From: Macrostomum lignano
Lineage: Eukaryota
Length of the DNA: 64,000 nt
Assembly: GCA_002269645.1 (NCBI GenBank)
Contig: NIVC01000247.1
Coordinates: 62,001-126,000, forward strand
Direction of reading: 5' to 3'
This document shows positions 13,240 through 24,910 of this stretch, in pieces (positions within the stretch are counted from its first letter, which is position 1; every line of letters starts with the position of its first letter). The notes below the pieces were generated by a model. It saw only the letters and a list, made by a program, of their open reading frames with translations. It did not search any database and was not told where the DNA came from. The translations under genes were made by a program, and so were the position numbers.

Positions 13240-14346
13240 ATCTATGAATAATTCTTTCTCCTTTAAGAACATTTAAAGCCGCGGCTTGCTACTTCTGTTA
13301 TGCTAATTCTAAAAAGAGAAGTTCACTCGCACTAGAGAATTGTAGATAATAAATTTTACTCTGTTTGCGGCAGACAGTATTATTTTTCTTGCTACTAAAT
13401 ATAGCCATTACCATATAGTTCAACTAGAATTGTTTCTTAGAAACGCTTAGTTGCTAAATGTGACATTGGAGTGGGAGCAAATCTATATAATTTGTACGTG
13501 CGTACGTAATTAGTGGAGATTTGAAAAACAAATAATTTTCAATTTGAATAAACAATCGCAGAAAAAAACTTGAGCAATCCGTACAGTACATAAAGATAAA
13601 CCGAACGACAGGAACTCGAGGCTCCTAGTAATTGAAATTGTAGGTACTTTGAAAGGCATGCAGAAATGGGAGGTTTCGAGAGCAAAAATAGGGGTAAACA
13701 TATAAAAAGGAGGGCTAGCTAAATATCCAAATAGCTTCAAGTCGTAGGCTTAGTAGGCTTTCAAGTCAATGAGCATCTATGCGTGCGGCTCGCGATAATA
13801 TATGTATATGTGGCTTTGTTTGCCCTCAAAAATAGCAAACTGAGAGATAGGTATTTTCTAACCGTAATATGTGGTAAATTTGAAAGATATATGTCCTTGA
13901 TTTATTGATTTTGTCACTCTTGTCAAAAGCCTCTAGACTCTCTAGATCGTATTGCCCTACAGTTAGACCAGTGTGTTTGATGAAACTCCTCAAAGCTCAA
14001 ACCCCCGCATCATTTGCCCTCGCATCCTCTCTAGCAGCAGCGGGAAAGGTCTATAGTAAAAAGCCCACTAATAATATATAAGTCTGTCACTGGCTGCAGT
14101 AGCTAAATAAAAGGGTTAATTTTTTAGGAGTAAATAGGCACCGCTTTTCAGCTACGATTCTCGTAGAGGTATATGGATAGTTAGTTATACGTATAGTCAT
14201 AGTTACCGTAAAACACGATGTTAGACGCTAGCATGCCTTAGAAACTCTTTGGGTAAAGCTGGAAAAAGAACAATAATCAGCTGAAACTCAGAGACATCAC
14301 TCAATTGTTATAGTTTACGTGTTTATGGTGAGCAGGTTCGTCTTTA

Positions 14347-17300
14347 TTAATCGCATGCTCTGCTTGGATCGAGGGAGATCTTGCGAGTTGGGTGCCCAGT
14401 AATTTCACCCACCACAAGAACATACTGGTCGCCATCCCTGTAAGGTTTCTTCGCCATGCGCTTGTTAACTCGAACCATGATGCTCATCAAGTCTTCTATC
14501 TTGTAGTACTTTTCAATTAGTTCGCACACTGTTTGAATGAAGTATGAGCCGGTGTTTTCATCTCTAAACGCAACCTGACCGCGGGGAGTGGCGTAAAAAA
14601 TCAGAAAGTCACTGTTAGAAGGATATAGAACCGAAGTTCCCTCGAATCGACCACCTGCATTGTCGATTGTTTCTCTTTTCACCAACAATTCGTCTTTTTC
14701 GAGGCCACGGCAGGCCTGGACAAAGAAAATTTTTGGCTTGCCAGCCAGACTGCTGCACAATTTCGGCTGAAACAGGTTTTTGCAAATGATACAGCGTTGC
14801 AACGAGTTCTTTAGAGTGTTTGGATCAAGTGCAAATAAATCACCTGAAACTTTTTTGTGAGATCGAAAATCTTGCAGGGCTTCCCATCGCTACCGACGAT
14901 GCAGTCTTCGCGACCGTGAGTCATGAGGAAGCAGACAAAAGCGCCATGGCGTTCCAGTTCTTTCCAATTTCTTACACAATCTAAGTAGTTTTCGATCTCA
15001 TCAGCAGTCAGATCCTTCTTGCATACGTCAATGATAAATCCCAGTTTGCTGAAGAGCTCACTGACTCGTTCCACGTCAAACTGCGAGCCTTTACGCTCCC
15101 CCTCGCTGCTGGATTCGAACTTGCTGATGTTAATGATAACGCAGAATCCTTGAGGATTTCTCACCGGATAAAATTCATCGCTGCGACTGCAATACAATTG
15201 AAATTAAGGGCTCAGGTAGATAGCTTAGAAAACCTGTAAAAAGCAGTGCGACAATTTGTGCAGATTTGTCAAATATTTTCACTTATAAAACCGTCTCATT
15301 GCTTGGCATTTTAATAATTTCGGTAGGTAAGTTTTGAAAAAAAAATTGCAGTGTTTTATAAAAGCTTTCGAAATTGTAGATATTCAGGCACAAACCTCGA
15401 ATTTGAGCTGCAATCACTCTCGACAGCAGAGTGTTGATCAACTGCTTGAAGCGACTGTGGGGTGCACTGAGAAGCTTGGCGCATGTAGGCGGCAGGCGGA
15501 CTTCTATATTCGTAGCTGTAGCTGGCACCAGATTCACCACTCCCAGTCTGATACTGTGGTCTGGTAGTCCAGGCATCGTTTTCACGAAAGCTGGAATTTA
15601 GGGACAAGAGACGTATTAACCTGAAATACCATTAATGGACGACCTAATGTTGAATTATGACCGGGAAGTTTCATTTTCACTTATTGACTTGGTGTTTTGA
15701 AATTGCAAAAAAATGACATGGAATAAATTCTGATATACTTTTTTCGGTCTGTTAATCGTCTAATCGCTATTCTTCAGAAGTAATTTAAAAGTCACATAAA
15801 ATATTTCAGATTATGATTATCGAGGGATATTGCAGTGCATTTTTACGTTTTCTGCAAAAGGTATTGAAACTAAACATTACGGGACGAACCTCTCGGTAGA
15901 TAAACTGTCTGTAGTACCGACTTGACCTCTTCTTGTCTGGTACGGTAATTCAGTCCACCAGTCCATATCATGAAATCTAAAAAATTCAAGAAAATAGTAA
16001 AATTTCAAATAGCTAATTAAAAGAATTTATATATCTGATAATTTATCGATAGTTAAAAAATAAATTGGTACAACATGAAACTCACCTACGCAGAAGCTCA
16101 GCCATCTTGTGGCTTCCTTGCTCAGTTGCTAAATCTAGCGCAGTTTTGCCTTCCCGGTTCTTCAGGCTCCAATCGGAACCTGCGTAAAGCAGAATCCAGC
16201 AAACTAATGCTGCGGCATCTTCCTGGGTGCAACAAGCTGCTTGCATAAGGGGAGTCCATTCAAAGCTCATGCAGACATTAGCCTTGGCTCCAGCGGTCAG
16301 CAGTGCGGCGGCTGCCGCAGAATTGCCCTTGTAGGCTGCAATATGCAAAACACTCATCCCGTGTGTATTTGCACACGTGGGATCACACACTTGCAGAAGC
16401 TTCTTCAGAAACGTTTCTTGATTCAGATTCGTAGTATCTGGATTGCTGCGCTGCTGAGGCTGAGCTACATGCATAAACATCAGCGAGAATGTGTTACCCT
16501 GGCTGTTAGGCAAGTCACAGTTAAAGCGGTTCACCTTCTGAACCAACGCTGAGTAGTTTTCATCCTCAAGCAGCTTTTTCATATCCTTTAGCCAGCTTTC
16601 CTGAAAAGACAAATACATTTTTTGGCATCATTGTACACCGCGAACGAATAGGGCACACAGATGACTCACTCACCACAAAATCCGGACCAGTGATGGAGCC
16701 ATTGCAATCGAAAACCAGCCGCATTTCTCTGTGACCGCGAATATAAAAAGGTGGCCTACTATACAATTACGTTAATTAGAAGAAGAACATATTTTTTTAA
16801 CATCTTAGCTAACACGAGCCGTAGATGTACACACAGAGTTACCCCGAAATAAATATTGTACGAAAAAACAAATTGACTGATGATAAGTACAAATGCTCAC
16901 GTACAGCTCAATGTAGCTGGCCAGTCCTGAATGGTCGTTGAGTCTGGCCAGGTCCGATGCTGTCCGACCGCGGTGGTCCTTCAGTCCGAGTAGCCGCGAC
17001 CTCTTCGAGTTTCCGTACGTTGAGCACTCGTTAAACCTGAGCTGCCTCAGCAGATGCAGCAGGTGCTTCGTGCATTTCCAGCTGCCAGCCCGTGCGGCTT
17101 CCATCAGCGGAGTGGCGCCATTCTCATTTTGCAGCCACTTCGCTTCAAATGGAATCAGCGCAAGCACTCGCAGGTTGTCTCGCCGGGCTGCCAAGTGTGC
17201 GGCCGTGTTGCCCGACCGGTCAGTGTCTTTAGGATCTGCGCCCAGCTTATATAAGAGCCAGATGCACTTTTCAGTCTGCACTGAAGTCTCATGAGCGTCG

Positions 17301-17705
17301 GCCACCAGCATGAGGACGGTCCGTTCGGCTGCATCGGTCTTGGTCATGAGCTCTGTAGTTGCCTCGAGCAGTAACTGGCTGAAGTCAGCTTTGATTACCA
17401 GCTGGGAGAGTGCCTTTACAGCATATGTAGACTCCCTGAACCGGCGGAAGAAGAAGAGCTTCTCAGCAACCCCAAAAGATAATAGGCCAGTGAGTCTCCA
17501 TAGCTGAAATTTTAGCATTGCTATCTCGCATTATCACAAAATCATGTCACGTTTCATAAGTATTACAATAAAAAGGGTCGCAAATAAAGTTCTCACAATG
17601 AGATTCGAACTTTATTCGATCTTTAAAAGATTATTACTCGTAGTAACTCACCTCACTGTCGGGGAAGGTTGGGATCGGAGCTGGTTTGGAGAACCAACTG
17701 CCCAT
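14347..17705 (-). CDS. Predicted N-myristoylated ankyrin-repeat caspase (~740-765 aa, 7-8 coding exons)
   Basis: Frame-consistent GT-AG exons: 17705-17652 (MGSWFSKPAPIPTFPDSE), 17503-16905/16901 (ankyrin), optional 16755-16674, 16600-16086 (ankyrin), 15976-15890, 15590-15396 (S/Q-rich linker), 15186-14844 (p20: RKGSQFD, FLMTHG) and 14766-14347 (KPKIFFVQACRG, AFRDENTGSYFIQ). The spliced junction gives the canonical F-x4-C-x2-L-x-GKPK. Confidence 0.88.
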
Positions 17706-18281
17706 TTAGTAGCCACAAGGCTCACTGAAAGCAGACGTACACAGCAGGTAGCAGTGAATTGGTAGGACAGAATGCAACTGTGACAGCCTGAGCCCAATTT
17801 TTTACAAGACTTTCCAGATTTTATAGAGACAAACAATAGCTTAGGTAGGTCTTCGGTGTGATTCAAGTGGCTAAAAATAGCTGACAGTAACAGAAAGTAC
17901 GGAAAGAGTCTGCAGTCAATATATGTTGACTGAGCTACTATTAGTACCCATTTGTGCCTACCAAAGAAACACCTTCATGGAGCGAATGGTAGCCCCTGCC
18001 GACGTAGGCAAACTGCTGACATCACTTAAAGCTCCGTCGCTTGTTCGACAGCGCCTTGGTAGAAGGACTAAATCTGAATAAATTAGTCAGACAAAAGTAT
18101 AAAATTAATTTTCAAGCATTGCAGCGTGCTGGGATGGAATCACAATAATTTTCATACGTTGAGCTATCTTGTGCTCATATAGAACGCCTATATGACTGGA
18201 GTTTACGAAGCCACGTGGTATGTATGTAGAAGCCACGAGCCAATGTTCTATGTAGAATCTAACTTCTAATGGAGCATGATA

Positions 18282-18770
18282 CGAAGGCAACTGCAGCTCG
18301 GTTTGCTCCGGAAACCCGATGCAGAAATTTGGCGGCACATTCCGCAACTCCATATTCTTCCTGAGCTACCCAGGTACCCAGGACACCCAAAATACCTACT
18401 GGCGAGTGAAGCAGTCCAGCCCTCCCGTGACATCCGGTACCCCTTCCGTCTGGCCGGTTGTTGCAAAGTCGGCAGTTCAGCCCTGCAGCTAAGTCAAGTA
18501 AGTCAAGGACTCTGTTCGTGCGTGGCTGAGCTCGAGCGTTTCGGTGACCGACTGGCTCAGTTGATGAGCTGAGCATGGACTCAAGCAAACTGAATTATGA
18601 CCTGTCTTAAAACGCTATCCAAACAGCCACATCCATCTGAAGCAAATAAAAGTTCGGAACAGAGAAGCCTCTTCCTGGCATAACTAACCTTGAGTAATCT
18701 TGTTTATTATTGTTATCCAGACCCTGGCAACGAAGCATTCGTCTGTCAATATTTTAGATTAACGGTAAGC
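18282..18770 (+). pseudogene. 5'-truncated, intron-less WSC-PAN paralog fragment with an internal deletion
   Basis: EGNCSSVCSGNPMQKFGGTFRNSIFFLSYP runs in frame into NTYWRVKQSSPPVTSG. Most of the PAN domain is replaced by a 31-nt filler; the 3' flank is homologous to that of the full copies. Confidence 0.82.
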
Positions 18771-20775
18771 CGACGGATGTCCCGAATACGGGACAAGCAG
18801 CCACTTCTGCTTCAGCCGAAAACTTAGAACTAAGTTCTATGGTCAAAACTGCAGCTGCGCTGCACTGCCGTTGCCGACGGCTGTGTCCCAAAAACGGGAC
18901 ACACTGCTTTACTTTAATTTAAAATAAGTGAAAGTGCTAACAGAACAGAAACAGGATTAGAACAGATAATTTTTTATTGACACCATAGCAACGGAAAGCT
19001 CCTTGTAAGGGTACATTTACTTAAATTTTATTCAAGGGTGGGGACTAAAAGGGGAGCGCGTTAGGAATGGAGAGAGCAAAGTCAACCGGGGGTGTGGAAG
19101 AAAAAACATGAAGACGAGGTCTGTAACAGTCAGTACGGTTGGCTGTGCCAGTTTCTGAAGCACTGGCCTATACAAAGTGCTGGTACTCCCGGACAATCAG
19201 GGCATATGTACACTCTTCTTCGCGATTCGGTTCTCGCTGCACACGCGGCATTGATTGCGCGGCCGAACATGGGCAGCGTTCAATGGAGCTTTGGTCGGCA
19301 AATGCTGTACTGCAGGGCCATCACCTGCCGGTCCGACCGCTGCAGGACGGCCTGCCCTGACAGCGAAATGGCGCCTGCCCCTGCCAGTCTCCACCAAGAT
19401 GCTGACTGCTTTGCGCAGAAACGCCACGAAAGTCTTGGTACCTCCGTTCTGGCGGTAGACGATCCACGAGTTCCGAACCAGAAGCAGCAGCAGGTAAAAC
19501 GCGAGTTTCTGAAACCAGCGCAGCGTTTTCCGGCTGGCCAGGTAGGGGTTCGCTGCCGAATCCATACGGTCCACGCTGCCCATACTCTTCGAGTAGGTGA
19601 CCACTGTCACTGGCTTCGCGATCACCTGCTGCTCGCCTCCCCGACGGACTCGTGGCACGGTCACACAGGCAGCCTGGCCAGCAGTGTCCAGGAGATACAC
19701 GGTCTTTGTTCCGCTGCTCTTCCTGTCCGCTGGATCTTGGCCAAGGGCCCTTCCTGGACATCCGTGCAGTCGTAGAAACGAAGGCAGGAAAGCAGCTGCT
19801 TGAACCTATCTCTCGAGAGGGCATTGGGCATGGACAGAGAGGAGCAATGGAAAACAGGGTCCTGGCTCCAGTAGCTGCTGATCTCCGGCTTTTTGTCCAG
19901 GCCCATCAACAGAACAGCTTCCTCACCTCATCATCTGTACAATCTCTCCAGTTCTTTACCAGCTTCGGCAACTGCTCTTCGTCAGCGCACTCCTCGAATA
20001 TCTTCCACGCCCTACGATTCGTCCAGGTTTTCACGCTTGCAATAATTCCATCAGTGAGGTACAAACTCAGAAACTCCTCTTCGTTTCCATCAGCTGAGCT
20101 TGAGGCCTCCAATCTGGGTGAACCCCTAATGTTCCCAGAAACTCGGCTTCATTCGGCACAGCATCCATTCCAGTCTGAACAAAGTGCCACTCTGGTACAT
20201 CACCAACTTCCTCTGTCTGCATGCCTTCTTCTTCTTCTTCTTCTGCTTCTTCGCCTTCTTCCTCCATAATCTCGTCCTCGATTCTATCTAGCGACTCCAG
20301 CGAGTCGTCATCAGTGAAAATGGCTGCGTATTCGTTTTCAGATTCCATGGCAATAACAACGCGAGTAAGCGCAGCAGCCAGTGAGACAGTAAATATATAG
20401 CTGGAGTGAAAGTGCAGGATAAATAAGAGAGGCTATTTAATTGTAATTGGACAGGGCCCTAAACGAATATATTTAAAAGACATTAAACTAGGGGGGGGGG
20501 AGTGAAGATAACAAAAAAGGGGATGGAACTCGCGACTAAAAGAGGCGAGGTTGAAGAGCCAATCAGAAGGCAGCGAGGGAAACAGATAAAAATAACAAGA
20601 CTGAACTGGACAAAGAAGGGAAAAAACAGTAAACAGAGAGAAGTGCAGATGAAATTAAGAAATGACAGACAGTCGCGACAGAGAGAAACCGGCGGGAAAG
20701 GGGGTGCTGCAGCAGCAACTTTAGCGACTGTCCAATAGTCTATGTCCCGATTTCGGGACAGCCGTCGGCAACAGG
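18769..20775 (-). mobile_element. Internally deleted, frameshifted piggyBac DNA transposon
   Basis: Acidic N-terminus, LMGLDKKP-x-YWS and LSRDRFKQLLSCLRF, then a direct jump to KPVTVVTYSKSMGSVDRMD and a C-terminal Cys-rich domain (CRVC...CPDCPGVPALCIGQCFRNWH, frameshifted). TIR-like GCCGACGG-TGTCCCG-CGGGACA at ~18769-18795, 18877-18901 and inverted at ~20741-20775. TTAA TSDs are not preserved. Confidence 0.9.
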
Positions 20776-20899
20776 GGTGATGCTAAAAGGGGTGATGCAG
20801 AGGAGAGCAGGGGGGAGGAGAGAGGAGAGGGGAGAGTGCAGAGAAGGGCCCTGAGAAGAGATATAAACATTAAGGGGCCAGGTTTCTATTATTGTGAAG

Positions 20900-20977
20900 T
20901 TTAAAATGACCTGAGGGCCGGATAGAGAGGCTTTGCAGGCCGCATGTGGCCCGTGGGCTGGAGTCTGCCGAGCCCTG
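20900..20977 (-). mobile_element. hAT-type MITE terminal fragment
   Basis: GGCCGCATGTGGCCCGTGGGCTGGAGTCTGCCGAGCCCTG end motif. Confidence 0.55.
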
Positions 20978-21384
20978 CCTTACACAGATTTTGTCAAAAC
21001 TGTGCACTGCAGCTTTGCCAACTGGCTTCAATGCCTTACAAAGTGCAGCATTCCGACTGACGACTTTAAAAAATGATTCAGCAAGGATGAATCTAGTAGA
21101 AGATAATTTTGTGTGCTCATTTTTGCAGTTTTTTAGCGTTGGCAATGAAAGAAATATTGAATGTAGAAATATTTTGCTACTATATTTCCGGTATCCCACC
21201 AGCTGGACTGAAGCCTTGATCGCAAGTTTATCAAGCTATGATTCAGGGATAGGTAAGCAAGCAAAATAGTATCAAATTTTTAGCTGCCCCTGTCTTTAAT
21301 GTGCATTCAGATATTTCAATGTCTGAATTTAATTTTGTCGGAACTTCATTAGGTTTAAATTTGATTAGGTCAAAGTTTCACTTG

Positions 21385-21660
21385 GTTTAAACTTCATTAT
21401 GTCGAAGCTTCATTATGTCGAAACTTCATTATGTCGAAGCTTCATTATGTCGAAACTTCATTATGTCGAAGCTTCATTATGTCGAAACTTCATTATGCCG
21501 AAACTTCATTATGTCGAAACTTCATTACGTCAAAATTTCATTATGTCGAAACTTCATTATTTCGAAAATTCATTATGTCGAACCCGCATTATGTGGAGAC
21601 TATATTCGTAGGTCGAAAAGTCATCAGGTGGAAATTTCATTATGACGAAAATTCATTGAT
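21385..21660. repeat. 16-bp tandem repeat (CTTCATTATGTCGAAA)
   Basis: About 12 good units decaying at both ends; probably the subterminal array of a DNA transposon (inference). Confidence 0.88.
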
Positions 21661-22510
21661 AAAAAAATCATTAGGTCCAAAATTCTTTATGTTGGACTTT
21701 TACTAGATCGAAACTTTACTAGTGTTATTAAAATTTTACAATTTCTGGAAGTAGTGGTCAGTGGTTTCTATTAGTTGCTTTTTTAACTGCTCCCTCAGAG
21801 TTTGAGTTATTTCTGGCGGTTTATCGCTCCAAATTAATTTTTTAAAGCGTGTGAAACTGAGCACACAGTTACAGCACACGTTTACTTAGACACACTTTGG
21901 CGTGAATAAGACGTACGCTCGTATACCGGAATCTCATGTCGTAATAGCCCTGACTTTCCTATCTTTAACTCTCTCTGTAGCTGAATCGTCCGCCGTGGTC
22001 ACTGGTATCTTGAATCTCAACAACAAGCTGTAAAAAACTTTCTTTACTTGACCCGTAGATCATTGCAGTGGTCCCGCAAATAAATCCAGTCAATCTAAGA
22101 ACTTGCTACTTACCTCATTGTACTGAGGTTTTTTCGAGGATTACAAAAATTATTGTCCTTCCTACTTAATTTCTGCTATACCATGGAGAATGATGTACTT
22201 GGCGATGATGCTATAGGCGAATCCATTTATACTTGTAATAAATTTTGAAAACAAAACGGAGGAAACATTTCTTCAACTCTGAAACATTTGATCAGATTAG
22301 AATTTTGAGTAAAGACAACTTCTGAGTCGACCTACTGTAGAGGCCTGTACGAGCTACTCTAGATCGCTGCTCAATAACTCCTCTGATTGGTTGATAGAGC
22401 GATGCCACTAGAATCTGTTTAATCCTATATACTAAAAACCAGATGCGGAACTGCAGAAGCCGTGATTTCAGAAAACCTCATCTGCTTCAAGCTTCTCTCC
22501 GAGCAGCGAA

Positions 22511-23242
22511 ATACTCAGCCCAGCAGCGGCTCTGTCCGTTCTGTTCTGCGCTGCCCTCCTGCTCACTTGCGTGACCGGCAGGTTTGTCCGCTTCTCCTAC
22601 CTGGGCTGCTACAAAGACTATGGATCACCCAGAGACTTAAATGGGCTCAGTGGAGTCAGCAAGATCGGCGGGTTCAGAGTTGGTGGCAATGGGCGAGTCA
22701 GAAGCACGAAAATGTCACACGAACTGTGCAGCGGAATCTGCTCAATAGGCAGCTTCCTCTACTTCGGTGTGCAGTACGGCAAAGAGTGCTACTGCGGCAA
22801 CTCGTACGGATCCCAAGGCTTGGTGAGCGAAGACAACTGCGGCTCTTCTTGCTATGGAAACCGAAAGCAGAAATGTGGCGACACGTACTGGAACTCTGTG
22901 TTCTCTCTGAGCTACCCAGGTACTTTTTGTCTTTTGCTGTACTGGGCCGTCAGTAAATATGGAAGCATTTTACCAATTTTGTACTTTCGTTCAACTTCAG
23001 TTTCCAACAGCAACACCTACACGGTAGTGAAGCAGTCCAGCCCTCCCGTGACATCCGGTGCCACTTCCGTCTGGCCTGTCGCTGCCCAGTCCGTCGAGGA
23101 CTGCCTGCTCCGGTGCAGCGCCAGAGCCGACTGCCGGGCCGCCGTTTTCTCCGGACAGGAGCTCGCCTGCCACCTGCTGGAGTTCGTGTACCCGCCTGGC
23201 CACCTGAGCGGGCCCGAGTGGACTCTGTTCGTGCGTGGCTGA
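22511..23242 (+). CDS. Secreted WSC + PAN/Apple domain protein, copy 1 (start codon appears mutated to ATA)
   Basis: Signal peptide, then WSC (YLGCY...MSHELCSGIC...YFGVQYGKECYCGN...C...C.GN..QKCG), intron 22920-23000, and a PAN-like exon (SVEDCLLRCSARADCRAAVF...CHL). The position of the paralog ATG reads ATA at 22511-22513, with no upstream in-frame ATG before the TGA at 22463. Confidence 0.8.
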   Translation: MLSPAAALSVLFCAALLLTCVTGRFVRFSYLGCYKDYGSPRDLNGLSGVSKIGGFRVGGNGRVRSTKMSHELCSGICSIGSFLYFGVQYGKECYCGNSYGSQGLVSEDNCGSSCYGNRKQKCGDTYWNSVFSLSYPGTFCLLLYWAVSKYGSILPILYFRSTSVSNSNTYTVVKQSSPPVTSGATSVWPVAAQSVEDCLLRCSARADCRAAVFSGQELACHLLEFVYPPGHLSGPEWTLFVRG

Positions 23243-23932
23243 GCTCGAGCGGTGCGGTGACCGACTGGCTCAGTTGATCGGCTGAGCATGGACTCAAGCA
23301 AACTGAATTAAGACCTGTCATGAAGCGCTATTCACACAGCCACATCCACTTAAGGCAAAATAAAAGTTCAAACAGAAAAGCCTCTCCCTAGCACAACTAA
23401 CTTTGAGTAATCTTCTTATTTATCCTTGTTCTCCAGACCGTGGCAAAGAATAATTTGTCGGCCAATATTTTAGGATGACATTGTAAATCTTTATCAGCGA
23501 AACTGAAAGTCGCAAAGCAAATAATCAGGCTCCTATTCCACAGCTGCGTCAGTTCAGGCACCGTGTGTCGAACTTTTTGATTGTAAAGCGGATGTTTGCA
23601 TTCGGCTTTATTTCGTTTGAATTAAGACAGACATACATTAAAATGCATAACAGGCAGGATGGGTGTCGTGTTTGACAGAAGCATACAATTGAATAAATAC
23701 TATAGAGACTTGGATGACGGCCTCCACATTTTTCTAAGCTTTGGGGTGACTGTCTCCTGTATTTCAGCAAGTTAGCCAGACAAAGCGGGCTTTATTTCTA
23801 ACCTGATTTCATATTTGAATGTGTGCTCATGTTGGGCGTCGCTACTCGTTTCTTTACTCACCCAGGCCCTTGGATGCAGAGGCAAATCTTGCAAAAACCG
23901 TTCCATGTCGTAAAGATTTCTTGTTTTTGTTA

Positions 23933-24910
23933 CCAAACTGTATCCGCCCCTCCCAAACTGGATCCGCCTCTCCCAAACTGGATCCGCCTCTTCCAAACTG
24001 GATCCGCCTCTTCCAAACTGGATCCGCCTCTCCCAAACTGGATCCGCCTCTCCCAAACTGGATCCGCCCCTCCCAAACTGGATCCGCCTCTCCCAAACTG
24101 GATCCGCCTCTCCCAAACTGGATCCGCCCCTCCCAAACTGGATCCGCCTCTCCCAAACTGGATCCGCCTCTTCCAAACTGGATCCGCCTCTTCCAAACTG
24201 GATCCGCCTCTCCCAAACTGGATCCGCCTCTCCCAAACTGGATCCGCCCCTCCCAAACTGGATCCGCCTCTCCCAAACTGGATCCGCCTCTCCCAAACTG
24301 GATCCGCCTCTCCCAAACTGGATCCGCCTCTCCCAAACTGGATCCGCCTCTTCCAAACTGGATCCGCCTCTTCCAAACTGGATCCGCCTCTCCCAAACTG
24401 GATCCGCCTCTCCCAAACTGGATCCGCCTCTTCCAAACTGGATCCGCCTCTCCCAAACTGGATCCGCCTCTCCCAAACTGGATCCGCCTCTCCCAAACTG
24501 GATCCGCCTCTCCCAAACTGGATCCGCCTCTCCCAAACTGGATCCGCCTCTCCCAAACTGGATCCGCCTCTCCCAAACTGGATCCGCCTCTCCCAAACTG
24601 GATCCGCCTCTTCCAAACTGGATCCGCCTCTCCCAAACTGGATCCGCCTCTCCCAAACTGGATCCGCCTCTTCCAAACTGGATCCGCCTCTTCCAAACTG
24701 GATCCGCCTCTCCCAAACTGGATCCGCCTCTCCCAAACTGGATCCGCCTCTCCCAAACTGGATCCGCCTCTCCCAAACTGGATCCGCCTCTCCCAAACTG
24801 GATCCGCCTCTCCCAAACTGGATCCGCCTCTCCCAAACTGGATCCGCCTCTTCCAAACTGGATCCGCCTCTCCCAAACTGGATCCGCCTCTCCCAAACTG
24901 GATCCGCCCC
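23933..24910. repeat. 20-bp minisatellite (TGGATCCGCCTCTCCCAAAC)
   Basis: About 48 highly homogeneous units; the long ORFs over it are artefacts. Confidence 0.98.

Noticed and set aside
15283-15585. Death/CARD domain in the MKTMPGLPDH frame between the ankyrin and caspase regions
   Set aside because: Splice phases of the flanking exons select the other (S/Q-rich linker) frame, and no death-fold pattern is evident.
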